Of a DNA stretch of 64,000 bases, positions 53,490 to 64,000 are shown piece after piece. Every line of letters begins with the position of its first letter. Position 1 is the first letter of the stretch. The stretch is from the NCBI GenBank assembly GCA_951406725.2, contig OX597827.1, positions 6,696,001 through 6,760,000 of the forward strand, given 5' to 3'. The translations under genes were made by a program, and so were the position numbers. Source of the DNA: Octopus vulgaris. Lineage: Eukaryota. The notes beneath the pieces are model-generated. The model was given only the letters and a program-made list of their open reading frames with translations, made no database searches and was not told where the DNA came from.

Positions 53490-53723
53490 TTTTTAGACTT
53501 AGAGCAGGGATCAGAATTGTGATAACCATTTTTAGACTTAGAGCAGGGATCAGAATTGTGACAACCATTTTTAGACTTAGAGCAGAGATCAGAATTGTGA
53601 TAACCATTTTTAGACTTAGAGCAGAGATCAGAATTGTGATAACCATTTTTAGACTTAGAGCAGGGATCAGAATTGTGATAACCCTTTTTAGACTTAGAGC
53701 AGGGATCAGAATTGTGATAACCA
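53490..53723. repeat. 39-bp minisatellite x6
   Basis: Unit TTTAGACTTAGAGCAGGGATCAGAATTGTGATAACCATT, with near-identical copies. Confidence 0.95.
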
Positions 53724-54209
53724 GTCTGACAAATGCCCTGCTGAGACTGCAAGAGACTTATATTTATTCATGTCAGAAAAAGTAACTGCGAAGAAGGGAA
53801 GTTGGATTTACAATGGGACAAATTTTGGGCTGTTTTTTAGTAGTTACATCAAGAAAACTTTGCTACTACTCAGATTTTCAAACCACATGTGTAAATTTCT
53901 CACATGCTTCTCCTTGGAAATGATCCAGAAAGACATTGATGACTAAAACATGCTTGGCATATACTGATGACAAAAATCACAAGTAAAAGAAGAAAAAAAA
54001 TCCGTTATGGCTCTGATCCCATGACAAGCATAAATAACAGGGAAATGAACTTTGAGCTAAAGTTTTCTCCAAGAAGGTGCAGAATTTATTTCAAGGTTTT
54101 ATTGATCATAAAGCAGATAGAAAGCAATTATAGAATCTCTGTCAAAAGATTAAGGAATAATTAATAAATGGCATGTTTATAACACTTTCAAGCAATACTC
54201 ATTAAAAGA

Positions 54210-54798
54210 ATGTATATATGCGTGTATGTATGTATGTATGTATGCATGTATGTATATACGTATGTATGTATGTATGTATGTATGTATGTATGTATGTATG
54301 TATGCATGTATGTATGTACATGTATGTATGTATGTATGTATGCATGTATGTATGTACTTGTATGTATGTATGTATGTATGTATGCATGCATGTATGTATG
54401 TACATGTATGTATGTATGTATGTATGTATGTATGTACATGTATGTATGTATGTATGTATGTATGTATGCATGCATGTATGTATGTACATGTATGTATGTA
54501 TGTATGTATGTATGTATGTATGTATGTATGCATGTATGTATGTACATGTATGTATGTATGTATGTATGCATGCATGTATGTATGTACATGTATGTATGTA
54601 TGTATGCATGCATGTATGTATGTACATGTATGTATGTATGTATGCATGCATGTATGTATGTACATGTATGTATGTATGTATGTATGTATGTATGTATGCA
54701 TGCATGTATGTATGTACATGTATGTATGTATGTATGTATGTATGTATGTATGTATGTACATGTATGTATGTACATGTATGTATGTACATGTATGTATG
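54210..54798. repeat. (TATG)n with periodic TGCA/TACA variants
   Basis: Seen directly. Confidence 0.95.
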
Positions 54799-54878
54799 AA
54801 TCGCTCTCCCCCTCATTCTCTATACACACATATACATATACATACACATATACACAAACACACATATATATATGTATT

Positions 54879-54907
<29 letters not shown>

Positions 54908-54914
<7 letters not shown>

Positions 54915-55674
54915 AAGATATTAAATCTTGCATTGCTAAGGTTTGGCCAGCTATAGACGGGTTTAGAACAATATGGAAGTTATCCCTACCAGATGAATTG
55001 AAGAGACAGTTCTTCAGAGCAGTCGTTGAATCTGTGCTTGTATATGGATCTCCGACTTGGACTCTCACCAAGAGACTCAGGTGCATGCTGGACGGTGCCT
55101 TCACCAGAATGTTACATACAGTGCACAACATCTCTTGGAGGGAGCACCCAACATAACAATGGTTATATGGGAATGTACCAGCTTTCTCATCAACCTTCCG
55201 AGAGCGAAGATTGAGGTTTGCTGACCACTGCTGGAGAAGTAAAGAAGAGCTTATGAATAATGTGTTGCTGTGGATACTAAGTCATGCTACCACAGTGGCT
55301 GGAAGACCACAAACGATGTATATATAACAGGTGGCGAGCTGGCAGAATCGTTAGCACATCGGGCGAAATGCGTAGCTGTATTTCGTCTGCTGTCATGTGT
55401 TCTGGGTTCAAATTCTTTGCCTTTCATCCTTTCGGGGTTGATAAATTAAGTACCAGTTACGCACTGGGGTCGATGTAATCGACTTAATCCCTTTGACTGT
55501 CCTTGTTTGTCCCTTCTATGTTTAGCCCCTTGTGGGTAGTAAAGAAATAGATGTATATATAACAGTTTGTAGATGTTGGATGGCAAGCTGAAGACCTAAA
55601 AATACTAATGGAAGGTAAGGAGGGATGGAGAGACGTTGTCAGGCTGGCCCGGGCAATCAGCCTCACTGGTTGAT
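54908..55674 (+). pseudogene. RTE-clade LINE 3' coding remnant, split by a SINE
   Basis: TEKDIKSCIAKVW...FFRAVVESVLVYGSPTWTLT...LDGAFTRML...ISWREHPT*...RERRLRFADHCWR. After the SINE it continues EDLKILMEGKEGWRDVV. This is the typical post-RT C-terminus of RTE elements. Confidence 0.85.
55331..55549 (+). mobile_element. SINE family C with 16-bp TSD
   Basis: TSD GATGTATATATAACAG at 55315-55330 and 55550-55565. Confidence 0.92.
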
Positions 55675-55933
55675 ACCTCAATAAGATAAGATGAATATAT
55701 ATGATATAGAATATGGAGTAAAGTCGCAATATTAGCTATAGAACTTGAGTTTACAACATGAAACTCAGTTATTGATGCATGAATGTACACATGTATAAAT
55801 GTAATTATGTCTATCTATGTATCTGTGTATATATATATGTATATGTGTAAGTGTGTGTAAAATGTGACCGCGTGTGTACCGTTGGTGATTTTTTTCCTCT
55901 TTCTTCCCTTCTCTGGATCTTTCCTTCTCCTAT

Positions 55934-55968
55934 GTTTCCAACGAAGAGCTCCGCTCGAAACGTTAAAC
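55934..55968 (+). ncRNA. Degenerate minimal type I hammerhead-like motif (Penelope-type)
   Basis: GTTT-CCAACGA-A-GAGC-TCC-GCTC-GAAA-CGTT-AAAC. The core deviates from CUGANGA at two positions. Confidence 0.45.
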
Positions 55969-57090
55969 CCTCCTTCTTTCCTTCTTTCCTGAGCGTCCAA
56001 TAATACTATATTTGTTCCACATCCTTGCGTTGTTGTGTTTTCTCTTTGTGTTTTCATGTTTGGATTAACTATATATATATATATATATATATGTTCATAT
56101 ACATATACACATAACATACATATTCATATATATATGTATATATATACACACATAAACACGCATGCACACATACACACACACATTCACCTGTATATCAATA
56201 TTAAGCTACGTTAGCATAAAAAGAAGAAAACAAACACAAGATCAAATAAAGACTGAAGACTACTGGTGACAAATAAACAAAAGACACTTAAAAAGCGAAT
56301 TCCTAAACAATTACGTCACAGACCAAACATTATCTCCTCCCAGCACCAGCCACAAATATGGTGCTCACCATAACACATTGGGAAGAACATTCCAAAGCAG
56401 GTAGCTACAAGGCCGCTCTATATTCAAACCAACGTTTCAGAACTGCTTTATGAATTTTTCATTGTTAATCAAACATTTGACATTGTCAAAGGCCTTCTGT
56501 TTATGATCAGTGTATACCCAATATTCTCAGCAGATTGCTAGACCAATGTGTTTCATGGTTATTTAATGAGGTTATATAACTGTCTAGGTAAGACCATTCT
56601 CCACTGTTCGAGCAATAATCTTAAAATATTAACTATTATTGGTGGATTTTGAAAAGGTGATGGATTAGCAAACATCCTTAGAGCACAAAGAAAAAAGAAA
56701 ATGCCTGACAGTATTTGTTGAAGCTCTTCATATTTTGAGATGGAATCTTACCTTCCATTCTGTTGCAGTGGATGAAATAAAGTATCAGTCAAGTACTGGG
56801 GTGGATATAATTGTGTAACTCGTTTCCCTCAGAAATACTATGGGAAAGCAGTTCAAAAGCTTCGAATTTGGATGGTTGATGTCACCTTGGTACAGTAAAG
56901 AAACACCTGGATAGCATACATGTATTGTTTATAGAAGACATGAAGTTTGATTCTCATAGATTATGTCACAACTTTTTTCTACTTTCTTATATATATATAT
57001 ATACATACATACCATATATATATATATTCGCCATGATAGATCGTTAGCCACTTCACACATTTTTTTTCTCTCCTTGTTTTTTCTGTGTCC

Positions 57091-57126
57091 CTTTCTGTAG
57101 AAGAGCGTAGGCTCGAAACATAAAAG
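57091..57126 (+). ncRNA. Minimal type I hammerhead-like motif (Penelope-type)
   Basis: CTTT-CTGTAGA-A-GAGC-GTAG-GCTC-GAAA-CATA-AAAG, with one core mismatch. Stems I and II can form. Confidence 0.5.
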
Positions 57127-57319
57127 ACTTTTTCTATTCCTGAGCGTTATACTAATACATCTGTTTGTTTTGTACACCACCTGTCTTCATCTTTTGTTGC
57201 TTTTTTCGTAAACTCTCCCTAGATATATATATATATATAGAAAGAGAGAGAGAGAGTGAGAGACGTTTACGAATTTCTGTTGCAAGATTCCAGATGTAAA
57301 ACCATGTGTTCAAACAGAT

Positions 57320-57727
57320 ATTATTATATTTCGGGATGGTCATTTTTTTTTTTTTTGGTGCCAAATAAACACACGCAATACGTATTTGTTCTTCACTCAT
57401 TTATTACTGTTCTTATTTTAACTGATGTCCATTGTCCAGAAATCTTTCATCACACATCTGTGACTTCTTCAGTAACACTTCCTGTCCTTGTGTATGCTCC
57501 TACTCTGTTCTATAGAAGAACAAAATGGACTAAGCAAACTAGGAGCATACACAAGGACAGAAAGTGTTACTGAAGAAGTCACAGATGTGTGATGAAAGAT
57601 TTCCAGACAATGGACATAAGATAAAATAAGAACAGTTATAAACAAGTGAAGAGCAAATATATAGTGCGTGTGTTTATTTGGCACAAAATAAAAAAGAAAA
57701 ATTACAATCCCAAAATATAACAATATA
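57320..57727. repeat. Long palindrome (about 180-bp arms, about 38-bp spacer) with a hammerhead-like core in each arm
   Basis: 57320-57501 pairs with 57540-57727. CTGAAGA-A-GTCACA-GATG-TGTGAT-GAAA occurs at 57570-57597 (+) and 57445-57472 (-). Confidence 0.85.
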
Positions 57728-57969
57728 TATAGATATTTTTCTTTTATGAGTATCACTTGAAAGTATGATAAACATTGTCATTTACTGATTATTCTTTAAT
57801 CTTTTGTCATTGTCCCTAGATTTGTGACTAATTTAGAAATGATCATTGTATTTAGAATAATTTTGCCATTTCAGTCAAATTTTTATTTAGTATCATAAGT
57901 TTGCAAAGATTCTTTTTTAGAATTTAGAAGATTCCAGGTTTACATATTGGCAAGCGCAAATATTTTTGG

Positions 57970-58970
57970 AGGATTTGTGGTAAGAAGCCTGCTTCCCAAC
58001 AATGTGGTCATGAATTCAAGTCCACCATGCAGTACCTTGGGCAAGTGTTTTCTACTATAACCCCAGGCCAACAAACCCTTAGGATAGACAGAAACTGAAA
58101 GATTCTGCTCTTGTATATATATATATATTTGTGTGTATGTGTGTGTCTTTGTATTTTTGTACTTGTGGTATGTTTCTGTAACATAGTGGTTCAGCAAAAA
58201 GACACCAGTAGAATAAGTACCAGACTTAAAATGATAAGAACTGGATTGATTTATTCCAAAGTGATGTCCAGCATGGCCACAGTTCAAAGACTGAAACAAG
58301 TGAAATATAACAGACCAGCATCGGTTGTCAAGCGATGGTGGGGGTGGACAAACACAGACACAAAACATATACATATATGTATACATACGACAGGTTTCTT
58401 TTAGTTTCCATCTGCCAAATGCACTCACAAGGCTTAGGCCAGCTTGAGGCTGTAGTAGAAGACACTTGCCCAAGGTGCCATGCAATGGGACTGAACCCGG
58501 AACCATGTGTTTGGGAAGCAAGCTTTGCCTATATATATTCAATGAATCTATTTTGCCAATAACTATATATATATACTGTCTTGCATGTGTGTGTGTATAT
58601 ATATTCTTTTACTTGTTTCAGTCATTTGACTGCAGCCATGCTGGAGCACCGCCATAAAGGGTTTTAGTCAATCAAATCAAACTCAGGACTTATTCTTTGT
58701 AAGCGTAGTACTTATTCTATTGGTCTCTTTTGCTGAACCACTAAGTTACGGGGACCTAAACACACTAGCATCAGTTGTCAAGCGATTGTGTGGGGACAAA
58801 CACAGACACAGAATATATACATATATGTATATATACAACAGGTTTCTTTCAGTTTCCATTTGCCAAATCCACTCACAAGGCTTTGGTCAGCCTGAGTCTA
58901 TAGTAGAAGACACTTGCCCAAGGGCAATGGGACTGAACCTGGAACCATGTGGTTGGAAAGCAAGCTTTAC
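57970..58970. mobile_element. Cluster of three family A SINE pieces (57970-58307 +, 58314-58527 -, 58603-58970 -)
   Basis: Homology to family A blocks. Confidence 0.8.
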
Positions 58971-59390
58971 CTACAAGAGCAGTGAATGAGCAGAGTCATT
59001 AGAGTATCATTAGAATACTTTGTTTTATTTGTTCTGAAATTCTGCACTTTGAGTTCAAATCCTGCCATGAGCAACTTTGGCTTCCATCTTTTCAAGGATC
59101 AATAAATAAAAAATTGTACCAATCAAGGAATTATTAGAGCATTAGCCAAGATGTCTTCTGGTAAATTTTCTTGCTCTCTGTTTTCTCACGGAAATGTTTG
59201 AAACATTTCTAGTGCCCAGCTGATTTTCCTGCCTTTCCATTGGAAAATATCAGTAGCAGGGAGAGGAGAGATTAGCAGGCAGGAACAACTGCTAAAACCA
59301 AGCTAATCAGACTTCACTAGACTATTATTCCATGTGCAGATACACAGACAGTTTATCACGGACAAGTAAGGCCATCCATATTAAAAGAAG

Positions 59391-59620
59391 TCGGCGAGCT
59401 GGCAGAAACGTTAGCGCACCGGACAAAATGCTTAGCGGTATTTCGTCTGTCATTACGTTCTGAGTTCAAATTCCGCCGGGGTCGACTTTGCCTTTCATCC
59501 TCTCGGGATGGATAAATAAAGTACCAGTTTCGCACTGGGGTCGATATAATCGACTTAATCCCTTTGTCGGTCCTTATTTGTCCCCTCTATGTTTAGCCCC
59601 TTGTGGATAGTAAAGAAATA
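59391..59620 (+). mobile_element. SINE family C with 14-bp TSD
   Basis: TSD CATATTAAAAGAAG at 59377-59390 and 59621-59634. Confidence 0.92.
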
Positions 59621-59636
59621 CATATTAAAAGAAGGA

Positions 59637-60017
<381 letters not shown>

Positions 60018-60282
60018 TCACAAAAGAGAGCAATAAGATATGCCTTTTGAATGTTGGTTAAAGGGTTGATGGTTTGTGTTCTGTTATCTATGATGAAAGG
60101 GATTCCATCCGTTATCATCCCATGTTTTATTCATACAATCTAACTAGACCCACATTATCAAATATATCCTTCCATGTTGTTGTCCTTGTTGTTTAGTCCC
60201 CAGCACTGATCCAGCAGGCAGATCTATGATCAAAGATGTTCCAGCGGTGACCATCATATATTTTGTATGTCAAGGGCTATCA

Positions 60283-60667
60283 CTTTTACTCTTTTCTTTG
60301 TTTCAGTTATTTGACTGTGGCCATGCTGGAGCACCACCTTTAATCGAGCAACTCGACCCCGGGACTTATTCTTTGTAAGCCCAGTAGTTATTCTATCATT
60401 CTCTTTTGCCGAACCGCTAAGTTACGGGGACATAAACACACCAGCATCGGTTGTCAAACACAGACACACAAACACACATGCACATATATATATATACATA
60501 TATACGACGGGCTTCCTTCAGTTTCCGTCTACCAAATCCACTCACAAGGCTTTGGTCGGCCCGAGGCTATAGTAGAAGACACTTGCCCAAGGTGTCACAC
60601 AGTGGGACTGAACCCGGAACCATGTAGTTGGTAAGCAAGCTACTTACCACACACCCACTCCTGCGCC
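60283..60667 (-). mobile_element. SINE family A
   Basis: Reverse complement of family A with a small deletion. Confidence 0.9.
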
Positions 60668-61369
60668 TATGTTATCAAATATCTTTTTCCATCTAGTTGT
60701 CCAGTCCCCACGTTAATGTAAATTCAGAGACAAACTTTAGACCTATAATCAAAGACGTTCCAGAAATGACAATCCCATTTTTTTATATATCATAGACTTA
60801 CCTTACCCAATATGTGAAAGATATGTGAAAGATATTCCAGAAATGACAATCCCATTTTTTATTTTTCATAGACTTACCTTACCCAATATGTCCTTCCATT
60901 TTTTTTTAAGTTAGAAGTTTGTGATTTGTGGGAGATTTGGCTGTTATTTCTAGCCGTTCGAAAGTTCTACATAGAGGCTTCCTCATCCCTGGTTTATGCT
61001 GTTCAGTATGTGGAGGAAGGAGGGAAAGGAAGATAAATGACAGTTTGGATTAAGACAGGAAACGGGGTGAGGGCTGGGAAATAGGGGTGGGGAGATTGAG
61101 AAAAAAAATATATAAACAGGAAGAGAAAGTGAATAAAGAATATTAAGAAGCGAGGTGGTGGTGGTGGAGGGTGGTGGTGGTGGGGGTGGTGGTGGTGGGT
61201 GGCAGGATGGATGAAGGCCGGCATTTAAGAAAATGATGTCTAGATAGATAAGTGCAATTTTTGGGAATAAATGGTAAGAAGTGGTTGTGGGGGGAGAGAA
61301 ATATATAACAAGTAGTTCTAGGGAATATAGATTATACAGAGTATAAATAATGAGGAGGAAGAGGAGGAG

Positions 61370-61380
61370 GTTGTTGTTGT

Positions 61381-61416
<36 letters not shown>

Positions 61417-61432
61417 CGTTGTTGTTATTGTT

Positions 61433-61463
<31 letters not shown>

Positions 61464-61725
61464 CCGACAACGATGACGACGATGATGAGGACGATGATGA
61501 TGATGATGTTGTTGTTTAGCCCATGGTCAACTCTGATCAAGCAACCCTATGATCAAAGATATTCCAACTATGGCCATCCCACTTTTCTTCCAATGTACTG
61601 GGAACCTCAGGAGCATATCAACCAATGTATTCATTTTTTAATCTTATAAAGTGTGATCTGAGAGAGATTTAGCCTCTATTTCTAGCAGGGATAGAAACAT
61701 AAAAACCATGCAGAGACACCATTAG
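61370..61725 (-). mobile_element. Family F retroposon end with (AAC)n-type tail
   Basis: TGTTTAGCCC...CTATGATCAAAGATATTCCA...GATTTAGC..CTATTTCTAGCAG. Related pieces at 29955-30130, 60185-60255, 60695-60980 and 61885-61915 (+). Confidence 0.65.
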
Positions 61726-61919
61726 GGGGGTTGTAATAGGGATAATTTCTAAAATATAAGAGCAAGACTATAAATTCTTTTAGGGTTTTTTTTTTTTGAG
61801 GTGGGGGGTGAATAGTTGATTATAATATGCATGATGGGTAATTATTCTGTCAAGCCTGGAAAGCTTTATGTTACTGGCCTACTGGATCAAAGTTAACCTG
61901 GGGCTAAACAGCAATATTA

Positions 61920-62430
61920 AATAACAACAACAACAATGATGTCAACAACAGCAGCAAGAACAAATAACAACAACAGCAAAAACAACAAAAACAGAACAAC
62001 CGAAGTAAAAGTAAAAAACAACAACAAAAACGTCAAGAAAGTAAACAATAAAACCAGCAGCAGCAGCATGAGCAGAGGTAGCAGCAGTAATAATAATAAT
62101 AGCAGTAGCATCAACAACAACAGCAACAACACCACTACCACCACCACCACCAACTCCACCTTGATCACCACCATTATCACCATCACCACTGCCATTATCA
62201 CCACCATTACTACCACCACCACCACTACCACCACCACCAACATCACTACCACTGCCACCACCACCACCACCAACACCACCACCACCACCACCACCACCTT
62301 GATCACCATCATCACCACCATTACCACCACCACCACCACCAACATCACTACCACTGCCATCACTACTGCCACCACCACCACCACCACCACCACCACCACC
62401 ACCTTGATCACCACCACCACCACTACCACC
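61920..62430. repeat. (AAC)/(AGC)/(ACC) compound triplet repeat
   Basis: Seen directly. Confidence 0.9.
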
Positions 62431-62539
62431 CTTCATTTTCCCTGCCCTGACAACTAACTTCGTATATCATTTCTCACCTCACCTACTTTCCTGACCTTTT
62501 ACTAACCTCAGTCAACTTTCCTGATGACACAAGATCACC

Positions 62540-63080
62540 TACACACACACACACACACACGCACGCACACACACACACACGCACACACACGTACTTGCGC
62601 ATGCACACGTACTTGTACATGCACACACACACACACACACGTACTTGGGCGTGTACACACACACACACACAAACATTTGGAGATGCTCTTTCACACAAAG
62701 ACCACCTAACTCATACTGGATGAAATAACAACAATTAATGTAAAACCCATGTAAAAGCACACACACACACACACACATTCACATGCTTGCACATAAATGC
62801 ACGTACACACATGAAAACGTACATCCATCCATCCATCCATACATACATACATACAGGCATACATACATACATACATACATACATACATACATGCATACAT
62901 ACATACATACATACATGCATGCATGCATACATACATACATACATACATACATACATGCATACATGCATGCATACATACATACATACGTTTGTACATACAT
63001 GCATATATACATACATACATCCATCTATACATACATACATACATACATACATACATGCATACATACATTCATACATACAT

Positions 63081-63114
<34 letters not shown>

Positions 63115-63132
63115 TCGCATGCATACATACAT

Positions 63133-63166
<34 letters not shown>

Positions 63167-63671
63167 TCGCACGCACGCACAGACGCACACATGCACGCAC
63201 ACACGCATGCATACATACATACATACATACATACATACACACAGACACATACATACATACATACATACATACACATACATACATACATACATACATACAT
63301 ACATACATACATACATACATACATACATACATACATACATACATACATACATACATACATACATACATACATACATACATACATACATACATGCATGCAT
63401 ACATACATACATACATACATACATACATACATACATACATACATACATACATACATACATACATACATACATACATACATACATACATACATACATACAT
63501 ACATACATACATACATACATACATACATACATACATACATACATGTATGCATGCATACATACATACATACATACATACATACATACATACATACATACAT
63601 ACATACATACATACATACATGTATGCATGCATACATACATACATACATACATACATACATACATACATACA
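62540..63671. repeat. (CA)n and long (CATA)n microsatellites
   Basis: Seen directly. Confidence 0.95.
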
Positions 63672-63674
63672 ATA

Positions 63675-63885
63675 GGGTGCTGAAAAGTTCTTGGCTTTGA
63701 GTAAAAAGAAAATTACAGGAGGATCAGTTTATTATGGTATTATTCAACATATTCCCCTCTCAGAGTCACACTTATTGCAGTGGTCCTTCAGTTTTTCTAA
63801 GCCCTGTAAAAGAACCCAGAAGGTTGGGCCTCCAACCAGGCCTTTCGCGATACCCTTAAAACCAAGAACTTTTCAGCCCACCCTT
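63675..63885 (-). mobile_element. Mariner-derived MITE
   Basis: TIRs AGGGTGCTGAAAAGTTCTTGG / CCAAGAACTTTTCAGCCCACCCT. The minus strand retains GLEKLKDHCNKC/TLRGEYVE*, the mariner transposase C-terminus. Confidence 0.8.
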
Positions 63886-63904
63886 ATACATAGATACATA
63901 CATA

Positions 63905-64000
63905 CTCTTTTAATTGTTTCAGTCATTTGACAGTGGCCAAGTTTTTAGTCGAATCGACCCCAGGACTTATTCTTTGTAAGCCTAGTTCTTATTCTATCGG
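63905..64000 (-). mobile_element. SINE family A 3' part, cut by the window edge
   Basis: TGTTTCAGTCATTTGAC...CCCCAGGACTTATTCTTTGTAAGCC. Confidence 0.8.

Larger units (their letters stand above)
52620..54170 (-). pseudogene. CRE-like non-LTR retrotransposon C-terminal remnant (post-RT region, Zn finger, restriction-like endonuclease)
   Basis: Minus-strand motifs in the expected order: FPVIYACHGIR (LPxxxGGLGIR-like); KSLAVSAGHLSDWL; LSLKMNKTQFRI; QTCFKCEH..DSDG (CCHC-like); RTLVW..CPDTF; KYFNL..Y.L.....ET...W; YLFQTVKRAVQHGNGASV (QRGNA motif). Confidence 0.75.

Overview
AT-rich, repeat-saturated eukaryotic (metazoan) non-coding DNA, intronic or intergenic. The tRNA-derived SINE families and the extreme microsatellite load point to an Octopus (coleoid cephalopod) genome; this is recognition of the repeats, not a database result. 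I find no intact host gene: nearly all listed ORFs are translations of microsatellites or SINEs. The window holds over 20 copies of one ~400-bp tRNA-SINE (family A here) and several other SINE or retro-tail families (B-F). It also holds MITEs with clean termini (hAT/Buster-type, piggyBac-type, mariner-type) and a non-autonomous Helitron. Fossil coding remnants include a mariner transposase, two Gypsy-like elements, a CRE-like non-LTR element and an RTE-like element. The most notable structure is an unusual density of inverted repeats: two adjacent long palindromes, a palindrome carrying a hammerhead-ribozyme-like core on each arm, two further minimal hammerhead-like motifs typical of Penelope-like elements, close inverted SINE pairs, two long-range inverted duplications and a 54-nt near-perfect hairpin. 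I cannot claim a new biological system. The hammerhead/palindrome elements are the best lead. Coordinates of degraded elements are approximate.
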